NCBI RefSeq assembly: GCF_006345805.1
Contig: NC_043008.1
Span: 13,516,001 to 13,580,000 of the forward strand
Length of the DNA: 64,000 nt
Origin: Octopus sinensis
Taxonomy: Eukaryota
Direction: 5' to 3'
Made by a program: the position numbers and the translations under genes. Below the pieces are notes generated by a model. The model worked only from the letters and a program-made list of their open reading frames with translations. It was not told the DNA's origin and ran no database searches. Below are positions 25,841-40,236 of the stretch, in pieces; positions within the stretch are counted from its first letter, which is position 1, and every line of letters begins with the position of its first letter.

Positions 25841-26064
25841 CATTTCAATAGGGTAATATATTGTGATGAGAAAATAACTGCGAGCCACGTCTTTCCGAGG
25901 ACGCGGAACGAACGGTTCGAACGGCAGGAAATGCATTTATCTTTACATGAATTAATTGGACAACGTACTGGGCAAAATTACAGCCATCTCTTTGTTCTGA
26001 GCCAAGATCAAATTTGCTTTATATCTTTAGGATGCTTAAGATTTGATATATGAAATACTGAAAT

Positions 26065-26136
26065 ATGTGTATATATATATATATATATATTGTATATATA
26101 TATGTATATATGTGTATATATATATATATATATATG

Positions 26137-26169
<33 letters not shown>

Positions 26170-26196
26170 GTATATATATATATATTTGTATATATA

Positions 26197-26234
<38 letters not shown>

Positions 26235-26254
26235 TATATGTATATATGCATATA

Positions 26255-26289
<35 letters not shown>

Positions 26290-26415
26290 GTGTGTGTATA
26301 ATATGAATAATATATAAATATATGCATATACACACACACATTATATATACATATATATATATATGTGTGTGTATAATATGAATAATATATAATATATGCA
26401 TATACACACACACAT

Positions 26416-26474
<59 letters not shown>

Positions 26475-26515
26475 GCATGTGTGTGTCTGTGTCTGTGTGT
26501 GTATAAATATATATA
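26065..26515. repeat. Large (TA)n/(TG)n array with a duplicated ~70-bp unit
   Basis: Direct reading; GTGTGTATAATATGAATAATATATAA..ATGCATATACACACACACATTAT occurs twice (~26291 and ~26366). Confidence 0.95.
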
Positions 26516-26968
26516 GGGACTGTTTTGTCTGCCGCGTAAATCTGCCGCTTATCCAGAGTGAGACGTACCTAGTCCAACTTGACCAGCCTGTCCAGTGTCA
26601 TTGCGGGTGGCAAATTGCTTTTGAAGCTCGTAAAATATAGCTGCTATCAATCAAAAGTAATAGATTTCTCCCTACCCCATAACAAATTGCTATCCTTGCT
26701 TTAGTCAGTATTAGAAATTCTTCTTATCGCACATACACAAGTAGTTGAAAATGTTTGTTTGAGTATGGTAGTGTGGTCAAAGTATTAGGTTTTTATTTAA
26801 TATAATTTATTTTTTGTACTCAGCAATTAAAAAGCTAATTGGTATTTCTTAAAATAAATTACTGTGATATTGCGTTAAATATACCAACTCATTCGCAAAT
26901 ATACTTACATACATTCTCACAGACACATATTGACGAAAAGCAGAGAGACAGAGGCTACAAACCAAAAC

Positions 26969-27004
<36 letters not shown>

Positions 27005-27080
27005 ATATGTGTGTGTGAGTGGGTGGGTGGGTGTGTGCGTATGTGTATGTTTATATATATATATATATATATATATATGC

Positions 27081-27121
<41 letters not shown>

Positions 27122-27279
27122 CAAGGATGGAAAAGCTTAGGCGCGAACCCTTAAAGACCTTTTCTCTTCACGAACGCTATACTTTTGTTTTTTTGTGTAC
27201 CTATGTGTACATATCTTTTTTGTATATACGTATGGATATGTATGCATACATACATACGCACGCATACATTTATATATAC

Positions 27280-27323
<44 letters not shown>

Positions 27324-28080
27324 AGATGTATTTCAATGATTCTTAAACTATAAGCAACAATTCGAGACTGGTCTATTTATAATCGACCGTGGTATTATGA
27401 ATTACCTTAAAACAAAACGAATCATTATACGTATGTTTAAATGGAAACGAAGTGGTCGAAGGAATGAGGCCTCAGGCTCAAATCTTGGAATGTATTGCAA
27501 GAATCGAAAGGGTCTCTATCAAATCAGAAGATGTAAGGTATCATATGACATATTTCAGCGAAAGGGAAGAAGATAGCATCACAGGAAGAGAAATAGCGGT
27601 ATTGAAGAGAGCAATTAATTATATGTTTAATTTTAAATTAGTTTGATTCAAAGCATGGATCCATCAGCTCTTCTCTACGAACCAAAAGGCTTCCATTTCT
27701 TTCTCTCCACCTTTATTCCTCCACTTTTTAGTGCCATTCATTTTCTTTTATCTTGAAATTATTATCTATATCGACGTTTAGACTATAGACATTTCCTGGT
27801 ATCTCACTGAAAAATGGTAAATTCATGTTCACATTATACAGAGATATATGTATAATTTGCTAATAAGCTTTTAGAACTAGTTTTGCATACACTATTTTAT
27901 TTATATACATTTTTAAGTGAGAAGATCTTGTAACTATGATCTTCAAATCGAAACCTCGGATAGGACGATGCGCTGTATTCTTCAACAGGGTAATTTCATA
28001 AGGGAACCTTGAATAGTGAACCTAAAAGACTTGTCACTCCGAATGAGCATCAGATTTATAAGAGATACATAACTGTCATT

Positions 28081-28117
<37 letters not shown>

Positions 28118-29522
28118 ACGACAGTTATATACGTATATATTTATAGGCCGTGTCATATACACCTATTTCACTATTTCATATGTCAAATCATGTGTGTGCT
28201 TGCTTATGTAGCACCTACATTCATAAATATGATTACTTCCGAAGTAGTCAAAATGTGAGCCTTTGTGTTGTTTATTGATCAGCTAAAAATAGTAACCTGA
28301 AATCACATACTACCTCAACAAAATTGGAAAGAATATTTCCTTAGATACTTTCACAATGCTGTAAGGGGCACAATTAGAATGAGTTTCATTACAGATTTGC
28401 TGAGTCAAATATGGGATAAGCAAAAACGTAAAATAAAGAAAACATCAACTCTATGTCTTTTAGTTTAAACACACATTTTACGTGCACCCGAATACATTTA
28501 CACATTTAGAAATATTTCCCCAGACGAAGTTTGAGTACATTCACTTGTGTTTGAAATATAATAACAACCAGCTCATAACTAAGAACAAAAGAAGCGGAAA
28601 GAACAAAAACCAACCATATTTCATTTTTTCCTTGGAGCTATAAAATGCAATTACGGTAACAAAGAGAATTGGTCATATTTAAATTAAATTGAACAGTTAC
28701 TCTCATCATATTTTGCCAATAGTAATATTTTTTTAGTCTTGTTAGATATCATATTATATAAAATATTTCATAAAAGGGCAAAAAGTAAAAAGAACAAATT
28801 AAATGTACAAAGCTATAAAGATTTTTCTTTAGGTCGTTGTCCTATTTTGCACGCTATAATTTGTATTTTCTACACAGCTTCTCAAATAAATAACGTAATG
28901 TTACTTTCAATGGTACAATAATCTCTTTTCTGAAAAAATACAAGAAATCATTAGTAAGTCATTTTTCTCTTACAAAAATATTGTTATGGGGCTGTCAGTT
29001 TTTTTTTTTTCCACCAAGTAAAATGTTATATTGTAACAGAATATTTTCGTGGTTCTGTGATAACACATGTGTAAATCATGTACTACATTGGGTTTAATGA
29101 TCGCATTTATTATTTTAGTGATGATGGTGATGACTTTGCAGAAAATGCTTCTGATGCTGTTGCTGTTGCTGCTGCTTCTGCTGCAGCTGGTGATGATTGA
29201 TGATGATACCAATTAAGATTCAAATGTTGATGTTATCTTTCAGTTTAATTGACATTCGTCGACTTTGATAAAACACGAACCGAACTACTGAGCCTTAACA
29301 ATGCCAAAGCCAAAACAAAATACAGCGAAATGTAGTCCTAATTTTTGTTTGAAAAGAAAATCTTGTAATTATATATAGTTCGACGGGTTCATAGCAGATT
29401 CGCGAGTAAATAACAACATAGAGCTGAAGAATTTCGCTTCTTATGCACAGTCGTAGATGTTAGGTGACCTCCCGTTGGATGATTATTACTATAATTCTGA
29501 GACACCACGTAGCATCTTAGCG

Positions 29523-29898
29523 TGGGTGGAAGCACTCCGTCGGTTACGACGATGAGGGTTCCGGTTGATCCGAATCAACGGAACAGCCTGCTCGTGAAAT
29601 TAACGTGTAAGTGGCTGAGCACTCCACAGACTCGCGCATCCTTAACATAGTTCTCGGGGATATTCAGCGTGGCACAGAGAGTGACAAGGCCGGCCCCTTG
29701 AAATACAGGTACAACAGAAACAGGAAGTAAGTGTGAGAGAAAGTTGTGGTGAAAGAGTACAGCAGGGATCACCACCATCCCCTGCTGGAGCCTCGTGGAG
29801 CTTTTAGATGTTTTCGCTCAATAAACACTCACAACGCCCGGTCTGGGAATCGAAACCGCGAGTCCGCTGCCCTAACCACTGAGCCATTGCGCCTCCAC
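29523..29898 (-). mobile_element. SINE family C, tail type 1
   Basis: Near-identical to 2525-2913, with a short deletion in the head. Confidence 0.9.
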
Positions 29899-30360
29899 GT
29901 ACATGTAGAGACATAAAATCAGATTAACTCTCCTTGCATGCTTAGGAAACCTAGCTTGCTTTATTAACCTGTAGATGTTAATAAAATTCTATGCATTCAA
30001 TTCTTAAAATAGATCAAAATGAATTTACGCTTTCAGAATGCACATTATGCTTACAGCACAGTTGATTACTTAAAATAATATTTATGTGCCTCTCGTTGTA
30101 ATTATCATATTTAATTATAGATAGAAAACATAGTATTTATGAAAGATAAGTTGATCACACTGATATTTGGTTCAAAGCGAATTCTGTACAGTTTTCCTTC
30201 ATGAATATATTTGGAAATTTGAGCTGTTATTTAAAGTATAATTGCAGTTTGTGTGCCAGGTACTTACGAAAGATATGCGCGTACATATATGCAGCTAAAA
30301 GTAAACAACCCCTTTTCGTTTTTCTAACGTTGATATAAACATTTGTATAAGTTTCCAATT

Positions 30361-30552
30361 TTCGACCAAGACCTGCAGTTTTGAGGAAAGGATAAATTGA
30401 TTACATCAACCCAGTGCTCAAGTGGTACATATTTTATCGACACCCAAAGGATGAAAGGCCAAATCGATCGCAACGGAATTTGAGCTCGGAACGCAAAGAC
30501 GGACGAAATGCCGCGAAGCAATTATCCTGGCGCAGTAACGATTCTGTTAGAT
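30361..30552 (-). mobile_element. SINE family A monomer, diverged
   Basis: GGATGAAAGGCCAAATCGATCG..CGGAATTTGAGCTCGGAACG. Confidence 0.75.
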
Positions 30553-31194
30553 CACTGATCTTTAAACTTCTTATATTGGCATTTAGATATACCGTAATTA
30601 TAACAAATTGAATTTCAGATCCATGTGTATCTGTATCCCACATATGTTTGGAACACTCCTTTTTTTTTTTTCATATCAGAAGAATATCACACATTTCTCT
30701 TTCAAACACCTGATATTGTAGGTAGTCTTCCTTTTGATGCATAATCACATTCTGGTGGTTTATCTCTGCATATTAAAAGAAAGTCCCAATCCCCTCTCAA
30801 CAATTCACAAATGTATCAGTATATAAGTTGAATTAATTCTCTACATCATTATATAACCGCCATTCCGAATGACAGCACAAAGAGGTAACAAATCCATTTC
30901 GAAAATATATAGTTAATAACACTGCTTTTCCAGCGATGGAAGGAAACAAATCACATATATTTATTCGAAAGAACTAATGCATGGTTCAAATACAAATGCA
31001 TGAATACAGTATTGTGATTGCGGTTTCAACATAACACGTTTCGAATGTTCATAATTTCATTATTCATTGTATACAATGAGTTGAAACTTGTTTCGAAATA
31101 AGTCGTGGAGAAAACAAATAATGAACAAATCAGTTATTGTAATGTAAAAAATAAAAAAATAAACCCGTAAGAAATATGTATACTAATAGTTTCC

Positions 31195-31259
<65 letters not shown>

Positions 31260-31264
<5 letters not shown>

Positions 31265-31595
31265 CGTGATCACCGTGACCGACGAGGCTATCGGATGTCG
31301 CTACAATGGTCGCTAGAATCGGATGTCGCTACAATGGTCACAATGCGTTTCGCAGTGTTTTATCCTTTAAATGACGCCACCCCGCTGGCTAATCGAGCAG
31401 GCCAACAGAAGAAAGAGTGAGAGAAAATTACGGCGAAAGAGTACAGCAGGGATTGCCACCACCCCCTGCCGGAGCATCGTGAAGCTTTAGGTGTTTTCGC
31501 TCAATAAACACTCATAATGCCTAGTCTAGGAATCGAAACCGTGATCCTATGACCGCCAGTCCGCTGCCCTTATCATTGGGTCATTGCGCCTCCAC
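31260..31595 (-). mobile_element. SINE family C, tail type 2
   Basis: Head and body (~31404-31595) match family C; the 3' ~140 bp are unrelated to tail type 1. Confidence 0.85.
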
Positions 31596-31659
31596 ATATA
31601 TATATATAGTGAGAGAGAGAGATAGCGAGAGAGAGAGAGAGAGAAGCGAAAGAGAGAGA

Positions 31660-31860
31660 GAGTTCCTGTTGTTAAGGGTGTCGCGAGCGAAAGGCCTGGT
31701 TGGAAGTTCAACCTTTCGAATATTTTACAGAGTTAGAAAAACTAAAGGACCGCTGCAATGAGTGGTAATCTGAGGGGGAAATATGTTGGACAAAACCATA
31801 ATTAACTGATCTTACTGTATTGTCTTTGGCCCAAAGACAAGAACTTTGAAGCACGCCCTC

Positions 31861-31863
<3 letters not shown>
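31660..31863 (+). mobile_element. Mariner-type transposon 3' fragment
   Basis: WLEVQPFEYFTELEKLKDRCNEW and LRGKYV resemble the mariner C-terminus. Ends ...GCACGCCCTCG+TA (reverse complement TACGAGGG, a mariner TIR start). Confidence 0.65.
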
Positions 31864-31898
<35 letters not shown>

Positions 31899-32354
31899 CA
31901 TATTCTTCCACTAAACAGAACTGCTAGTACTTCATTAAAATGGATATCGGGAAAATCGCATAATCTGAGTATACAATGTTGTCTTGTTAACTAGATCGAG
32001 TATTTCATATCTGCACTTCCGTAGATAAGAAAAAGCTACGGCGTCCAGACTGGTAGTGCATCTGAAATTTAGTCCATATTCTGATGAAACCATATGGACC
32101 TCATACGTATTTTAGCGAAACTGCATCTCAAAGTTAAAATTTCTTTTTCCGTGTCAGGATAAACGTGTTAATACTAAAATATATAGTATCAAGGTACCAC
32201 TCAATAATGGAATATCTTCCATAGATTATTTAATTTCAAAGGTCTTTGCACCATTAACTTAAGTTTACCCTTTCCTAAATATACGTTGAATGTTTGGCTT
32301 CTGTAACCTACGATTATTATCATTTGGAATGTCGTCAATATACATCAGTTTCTA

Positions 32355-32567
32355 GGACGGCAAGCTGGCAGAATCGTTAGCACGCTGGGCGAAATGCTTA
32401 GCGGCATTTCGTCTGTTTTTACATCTTGAGTTCAAATTCCATCTAGGTTGACTTTGCCTTTCATCCTTTCGGGGTCGATATATTAGGTACTATTTGAGTA
32501 CTGGGATCGATCTACTCGACTGGCACCCTCCCCAAAAATTTCGAGCCTTCTACCTTAAGTAGAAACG
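32355..32567 (+). mobile_element. SINE family A monomer with TSD
   Basis: 18-bp TSD AATATACATCA(G/A)TTTCTA at 32337-32354 and 32568-32585. Confidence 0.88.
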
Positions 32568-33766
32568 AATATACATCAATTTCTATGTATACGAGATAAT
32601 AATTTTTGGTGGCATATCACTGCAATTCTGGAAATGCCGTTAACCCCGAATTACGTTTGTGATGTGCGCGTGTGTGTGTATCTATGTATATGTCGATATG
32701 TGTGTGTGTGTTTGTGCGTGATGTGCCTGTGTGAGCGTGTACACATATGTTTCATTGTATATATGTGGGTTTGTTCGTGTCTTAACCGCAGCAACTTGTG
32801 ACATGAGAACGTTGCTCTTTCTGACATTATTCACATTGTAACATTTCTAAAAGAGGAAATAACACTTGCATACAACGTTAAACCCAATATTGGCTTTTCA
32901 GACGACATTATTGACTACTGAAGCAGTGGCTGATATCTGATGTTCTGCAGAAAATCAAAATATAACGTTAAGAAACCTGCATATACCAGTTTGCAGTCTG
33001 GATGTTAAAATGTTTGCTATATAATCCGACATTTAACTACTACATTGTTATGAAAAAATATAAAACTTGATGCGTTATAAACTTTTTTACTCTCTACTAA
33101 AGTGCAGAGAAGAATTTTGCGGAAAAATAAATACCCAGATCATTAGCAATATTGATATTAAAAGCGTGTTGCATAATGTTATGTCTTTAGAGCAAAACGC
33201 GGATTGCGCTAAGTTAGTGTTAGTTGAATAAATCTATTTAGTCGAATGATTTTCAAGAAATTGTCGCGAAATTTACCCTAGGTTATGCATTAACATCTAT
33301 GAAAAATAGACAATATAAAAATATGACCTTACATTGTACGTTCGAAACGAAATTGTCGCCGTAGCAAGTAGGTCCATAAATTTGTTCAGCTAGGAGTCCT
33401 CTTAGGCTAAAACATTATCCAAGGTTTTTTTAATAACGATGAAACGAACCACGCTGCAATACCGTTAGTTTAAATAGAAACTCATATTCAAACAATAATA
33501 AACTTGCTCTATCGAATGTTTTAAGAAGTTATTGTCATAACTCAGCATTTTCAGTAGAAATTCACAGACATGATTTGACTTTCATACTTAAACTGTCCCT
33601 AAGTATAAATTTGTTTGTCAGTAAATCTCCCTTGCCGAATAAATTTTTAAGCTAAAGCAGCAAATTTCATCATTTTAAACGAACTACGCCTATCTATTCA
33701 ATTGCAAAAGTTCTCAGCTTCTACTCTAGTTCCCCTAAACAGAAAACTTCATGAATTTGAACATAT

Positions 33767-33936
33767 AGGCGCAGGAGTAGCTGTGTGGTAAGTATCTTGC
33801 TTACCAACCACATGGTTCTGTGTTCATTTCCACTGCGTGGCATCTTGTTCAAGTGTCTTCTGTTAGAGCCTCGGGCCAACCAAAGCCTTGTGAGTGGATT
33901 TGGTAGACGAAAACTGAAAGAAGCCCGTCATATCTA

Positions 33937-33989
<53 letters not shown>

Positions 33990-34067
33990 TATACATATAT
34001 ATATATATACATATATATATATATGTACATATATATAATCATATATATATATATGTCTCTGTGTCTG

Positions 34068-34107
<40 letters not shown>

Positions 34108-34315
34108 CATACATATATGTATGTATGTATGTATGTGTGTGTATATGTTTGTGTGTCTGTGTTTGCGTCCCCGTAACTTAGCGGATCGGCAAAAGACCGA
34201 TAAAATAAGTACTAGGCTTCCAAAGTTTAAGTCCTGGCGGCGATTTGCTTGACTAAAGGCGATGTTCTAGCATGGCCGCAGTCAACTGACTGAAAAAGTA
34301 AAAGAGTAAAAGAGT
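33767..34315 (+). mobile_element. SINE family B, full length, expanded internal microsatellite
   Basis: Head AGGCGCAGGAGTAGCTGTGTGGTAAG, about 230 nt of internal TA/TG repeat, tail AAAAGAGTAAAAGAGT. Confidence 0.9.
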
Positions 34316-34365
34316 ATCTGACAAATACTCCAATTTCACAAACTTTTCAGTAACTTTATTTCTTT

Positions 34366-34744
34366 ACTAACAGTATCGCCCGACGTTGCTCGGGTTTGTT
34401 TCGATCCTTTAGAATTGGAATTTTTGAAAAGTAAAAGTTTTGCATTATGTAGCTTGTGAACATTTTTCTGGTTGAAATACATCGAAAAATTGCGACACAG
34501 CAGTCAAAACATCGTACGAAAAGGGATTTTCATATAAAAAAAACACCTTTTTGATGTAAATAATTTTTGGTGTTAACATGGTCCCATTTGAATTTCTTCT
34601 TCTCCGAAAGGAAGAGCTAACATTCTTCTATCATACTCTCAATTTTGGTCAACCTGCGCTGCAGGGTCTCGGATGAGATAGTGTTAGTTGAAGGCTACCA
34701 AACCTGCCATACACAGACAACTTCAGCTTTATATAGAGAGAGAT
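34366..34744 (+). mobile_element. Non-autonomous Helitron/Helentron-like element
   Basis: Starts ACTAACAGTATCG followed by the hairpin CCCGA-CGTTGC-TCGGG; ends CAGACAACTTCAGCTTTATATAGAGAGAGAT. This layout is typical of such elements; single copy in the window. Confidence 0.5.
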
Positions 34745-35770
34745 TGCATACTCCATATATGTTAATCAGACGCAGCAGATTCTCAAATACCCCATTAAAT
34801 AGCACTTGTGTTCTTTAAATATTTACCGTTCACTTGTCTGTTAATGAGAAACAGAAGAATAACAGTACAGTTATAGCATGAAATTTTCTTTCGCTTAATG
34901 ACTTTACAATTTTCCATTCTGTGATTTATAGAAATTCGATAAGTTAGGCTAAATCCTGCACTTACCAAACTGAGACTATCCTATTTTACAAACGGCAAAT
35001 CTATCGCCAATTTGGCCAACACATTTTATCTTTAATATTTGAAATTTCAATTTATATCTAGACAAAATTTTCGAAATGTTTATCTTATCCTCACTTCAAA
35101 CAACTATTTAAACTCAAGACTTTTCCATGACTTTACAAAGTTTGGACGGATTAATGACGGATTAATCAATTTGCTACCCTGATATATTCATATATTCGAG
35201 ATCAATTTTTTTTTTGTCTTAGATATAATTTAATGTATTGCGTCTTATTAATTATAACGATCAATATCATAAACGTCACCGTTGTTATTAACCATCAGCA
35301 GTATCATCATCATCATTATCATCATCGTCGTCATTGTTATCATCAGCATCATTAGGATCGATTATTTTTTCATCGCAACTATCATCATCATCATCGCTGT
35401 TACTTTTATCATAATCCTCACTGTGGTCTTCACCAGCCAACACCGTTACGAACATCGTCAACATTGCATCATCATCATCATCATCGTCATCATCATCACC
35501 CCACCATCATCATCATCACCACCAACATGGTCGTCAATAGCCTCCTGATCTTCGTTACTTTATCATGATTATGAAATTAAAATTCGACCATTGAAGAGAA
35601 ATTCCTAGACAAAGAGTGTGTAATTGTTTCCTGTCCACAAAAATAGAACTAACGATTAAATAACCGATAAAACTACGCGAAAACTTTATTCAATCTCCCA
35701 AAACTATGAGCTATGAACATACATGTGTGTGCGCGTATGCATATACATATATATATATATATATATATAG

Positions 35771-35807
<37 letters not shown>

Positions 35808-36395
35808 TTTCACAGCAACTATACATAGGGTGTTCCTGATGATATGAGTGAAACTTGGAGCACAGTGTATTAATAAATTTACATAATAATAGGAGTAAAT
35901 AATGTAGAGTTTACAGCTTCATGGTGTGCTGACAGTTTCACACAGTTACAGACTTGTCGCTTGACAGCATCGCCTTCTTTTACGACCCCAAGTAGATTTA
36001 ATGAGTTCAGGAAGCATAATTTGAAGATGAGAGGCGACTGGTTAAATCCTTCTTAAAAAGAGTTAACAATAATAGCAATAATTCGTACCAAAATTTTGGG
36101 ATCTAACCAAATGGGAGCTGTGAAAAACAGTTATTACAGAACGTTTTGAATTTAGTAATTCAACATGGTGCCGCAGTACTTCCGAATATTCTCGCATTGT
36201 CATGGAGATAGAATGGCTGGTTTTGTTGGTGTTACTGGTATTTAATTGTACACAGTTTGGAATTTCTGATGATGTGGCAATATCCTCTAAACCAATAACT
36301 AATTTTGGTTTTCTTTGATGATTTTTACTCGTGCCTATTGCCTTCCCAGTGTTAAGTCTTACTGCTAATAAGGCTTTATTATGACTGAATATAAT

Positions 36396-36590
36396 GTGGC
36401 TAGCTGGCAGAATTGTTATTACGCAGAACTAAATGCTTAGCGGAATTTTTCACCTCTTCATTTACTGAGGTCACACAACAACGATGTCGACTTCGCCGTT
36501 CACTATATCCAGATCGATAAAATATATACCAATTGAGCACTGCGGTCGATAAAATCGCTGATCTTGTGATAACATTTGTAACCATTATTC
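36396..36590 (+). mobile_element. Degenerate SINE family A monomer
   Basis: GGCTAGCTGGCAGAATTGTTA...AAATGCTTAGCGG head and GATCGATAAAATATATACCA body. Confidence 0.65.
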
Positions 36591-38376
36591 AATCACCAAG
36601 TCCAAAGTTTCAAATCACAGACGCAAACCATTTTCTAATTGTTCAAAGACTGGGAACAAATGATATTCGCATACATACAATTGGCTAATACGTGTAAATG
36701 CATTGCAACTGGTCGATACGGCTTTGATATATAAAGAGATTTTAGCGACGAGAGTTATTTAACGACTGCCCAGTGCTTGAGAGATAATATATTTACAATG
36801 CATGGAGTTTAATTCGGATTACTAACTTAGTAATTAGATTTATACATACTATTTAAACTATAGCAATAGGCACAGTCGGCATTCAAATACTAGCAATTTT
36901 ACGGTTCGTGTTACACTTCAACATGCTAGGAGTTACAAATACAATTTCCAAGTTGAGTTACTACATTTTCTACGTATTAGTCAGGTTTGATGGCGGTGCT
37001 ACGGCAACACGTTTCTCACGACATACACGGAGAGTATGATTGTTGTTCTTTGCACTTAAACTTTTCAGAGTTTGCGATAGTAGAAGCCTCGTGTGTTACT
37101 AGAGAATTTCAGAGGTCTTTTATACTCGACTGAAGATATCGGATGTCGTACGTTTAGGGTATAAGAAGCGTTGTTTCTAATATATATGATATATGATGAG
37201 AACGAAAAAGATGCATCTAGGTAGTCGAGTGGAGGTGGTACCAAACCAACCAGGTCTGGGAAGCAGTCACTATTTCAGATGTAATAGAAAAGGTCATATA
37301 AGAAACATCATGTTTGTCGGGTAGAAACTGGCGTGTGTTAGCATGTGATTTCATACTGGACGATCCGGTGCCCTTCTTTGGAAATTTTCTGGTTTACTTG
37401 TGTATGTTCTTGTTATGGCATCCTCGATTCCTGAATATTACTCTGTTCCAAGACTTAATCTATACATCAATACGTGGTTATTATTTCAAGGCAGGGGCTG
37501 ATTTCACTGGACTGAAGAGAAAGACCAGATTTGAGATGAAATCTATGGTTAGAAAGAAATATATTTTGGAAAAGATTATTGCTTTTAAAATCATTTTAAT
37601 GTGAAATAAGAACCAAAATATTAAAAAGTATTAAAAAACAATAATTAATGTGTATCTAATGCATTGTTTTAAAATCAATACAAATAGTGGATAATTACAA
37701 TAATGAGTGTTTCGGAAAGTGGTTCTGTATTGTATGGACTTTACGTACAACAATAGCAAATAACTATTATTGTAAGTATGTACATTAGTGTTACGCTTCA
37801 AATAAATTCTATACTTAAATAAATAAACATTCGCTGCTCAACTTTAGATTATTGAATCTAAAGTAGCTTGGCATAAAATATTTACTATATTATCCGGTAA
37901 AACTATAACACACCGCTTGTAATATGCCCAATATCAATAAATATCAATTTATTCTACTACATTAACTTAACATCTTCATTACCTCCAATAAACACTTTAG
38001 TCACGAACAACATTAAACATTTTCATCACTTCAATAATTTTATATTTAATATCAAAATGTCTCATTGTTTTCTTCTTTCCTGTGTACTCTGAAATATCTA
38101 ACAGCAATATTGTGGTCCAAATATTGTGAAAATTGTTCAAAATACATGCGTAATGTGATTGAGTGTATTTTAAGTTGAAATACCTTTTCACTTTTTAGTG
38201 AAAGACGTTCATACTACGAGGGACCTGAACTTAAAAATGATATCATGATAAGACTTTAACCGTATTAATGATTTATATCGTTATCTGTTATCAAACAATA
38301 TAAAATGCGTCTAAATCATCCCACAAAGAATAAACAAAGCACATAATATTGTTTTTTAAAGTATTAGAAATATAAA

Positions 38377-38425
38377 TACAGTGGTACCTCGGTTTTCGAA
38401 TAAATCTGATCACGAATAAATCGTG

Positions 38426-38426
<1 letters not shown>
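38377..38426 (+). mobile_element. Possible pogo/Tigger-like TIR fragment
   Basis: TA+CAGTGGTACCTCGG start; no partner TIR seen. Confidence 0.3.
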
Positions 38427-38459
<33 letters not shown>

Positions 38460-39765
38460 AAGTAGATAAATGAATAATCTTATTACGGATTATTCAAATG
38501 ATAACCGACACCTGGGTAGCAAAAATCACAACAGAAAAAGCACGGTTGAGGTTACGACCCTGGGGCCTAAAGTCCGTGCCTTAGTGCGGAAATTTGAAGT
38601 TTTATATAGTTAGTGTAGGAAGAAATGGAGCTGAACGAAGATTTAACAAAATTCCTTTTTATTATTTTCTACATATGTTTCAAAGGCTGCAAAGTCCCTA
38701 ATTCGGATTGAATAAGGAGTCCATTTTGCAGCCTTCTCTTCAGGAAAGTCCAGGAATTTAATTCTCCAACAAAATGCACAGCAAGCTTTTCGACAAACGC
38801 TCACGAGGAGCCCATGGAATAAATGGCACAAACTGTCTATCAATATGCGTTGACGCCAGGCTGGGTGAAAGCCGACGAGAAAGTCCGTTGAGATAATTCA
38901 AGGTCAAAATCCGGTTAACAGAAGGGGAGTACAGGAAAATCAAAGGGTGTGAATGTATTCTGTATGACTGGTGTTAATATTTGAATTGCTTTAAGAATGA
39001 GTGCTAGAGTGTTTGAGTGTGAGAAATTGCTTTCATGTATGTGTGTGTGCGTCTATGTATGTGTGGCAGTGTGTTTAGAAGGCAGCAAGGGAGAGAGATA
39101 TAGCTGGTATTAATGGTCAAGCAACAGAAAAGTCTGTGTCTGTGTGTTCGTCTGTAACCAGTTGATAGAGAGAGGGTGTGTCAACAATGGTCATGGCAGG
39201 ATACAGTGCTGCTGACAGGGATGTCAGCAGTTCTAGACAACTAGCAGTTCTTACACTAACAGGGGAGTGATATCCCCTTACAAATTTAATTCAATTTTTT
39301 TTCCATTTTCTTAGGAAATCAAGGGGTTAACTATATTAGACTTCATTGGTATGAGAGAAAAGTATGCCGTTTCCAGTGTGGGCATCTGAAAGAATTTTGC
39401 ACAATCGAGGTAACAAGGTGCCCTCGGGCGAACAGAATATGAAAGAGTTCCGAGTTGCAAAGCGCACAGGTTTTTTTGCCCTTATCAAACGGTAAAGACA
39501 CCGATAAAATTGAACATTCCAGTCTAAAAGTTGAATTCGCGTTCTTCAAACGCCAGACTAATTTACTTAGGTAGGTTAGATCTTATTTGCAGTTTCGCCA
39601 AGCAATTGCCAGAAATTTCCCCCAGGTTTCGTAGACTGCGAGAAAATCGCTATGAAAAGCCATAAAATCACTGTATGAATCATAGACTAGCACCAAACAC
39701 ACAGAAAATATATCGAAAGTCTTTTTTCGCTAGTTGGCTAATGGGTCATAGAACATATGCACCAA

Positions 39766-39929
39766 TACGTGGGGGTGCTGAAACATTTTCAGCTTTAAGA
39801 GGATAGCTTCCGAGTTTGAAAGGCTTAGGACCATTGCACTAAATATGTGAATCTGAGAGGGCCGGATGTAGTATAAAATCTGATGCTCCTACCGAAAGTC
39901 AGGAAATGTTCAGCCCCATCCCCTACATA
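39766..39929. mobile_element. Mariner-like MITE with degenerate TIRs
   Basis: Left TACGTGGGGGTGCTGAAACATTTTCAGC versus reverse complement of right end TATGTAGGGGATGGGGCTGAACATTTCCTGAC. Confidence 0.45.
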
Positions 39930-39942
39930 CATATATATATAT

Positions 39943-40236
39943 GAAAACGCATGGCTCAGCGGTTAGAGCGCCGAGCTTACGATCGTGAGTTGGGAGTTCG
40001 AATCCCGGACAGGGCTGCGTGTTGTGTTCTTGAGCAAGACACTTTATTTCACGTTGCTCCAGTTCACTCAGTTGTGACGTCACAGGTTCCAAGCTGTATC
40101 TGCTGTTGCCTTGCCCTTGGATAACACTGGTGGCGTGGACAGGGGAGGCCGGTACGAAAGGGTGACTGGTGGTCTTCCATAAACAACCTTGCTTGGACTT
40201 GTGCCTGGGAGGGTAACTTTCTAGGTTGGGTCTCAA
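39943..40236 (+). mobile_element. tRNA-derived SINE family D (Meta-domain-like centre)
   Basis: A box TGGCTCAGCGG and B box GTTCGAATCC, then GTGTTGTGTTCTTGAGCAAGACACTTTA. The Meta assignment is from memory of that consensus. Confidence 0.8.

Noticed and set aside
27401-27646. 82-codon purine-rich open frame
   Set aside because: No convincing acceptor, no recognisable motif, and the length is within chance expectation.
35822-36060. CA.AGGGTG start after (TA)n suggesting a Tc1/mariner end
   Set aside because: No partner TIR, and the transposase similarity is unconvincing.
38643-38943. Minus-strand WTPYS...DF patch resembling the WPPxSPDLNPLD motif
   Set aside because: Too few identities and no supporting DD motif or TIR.
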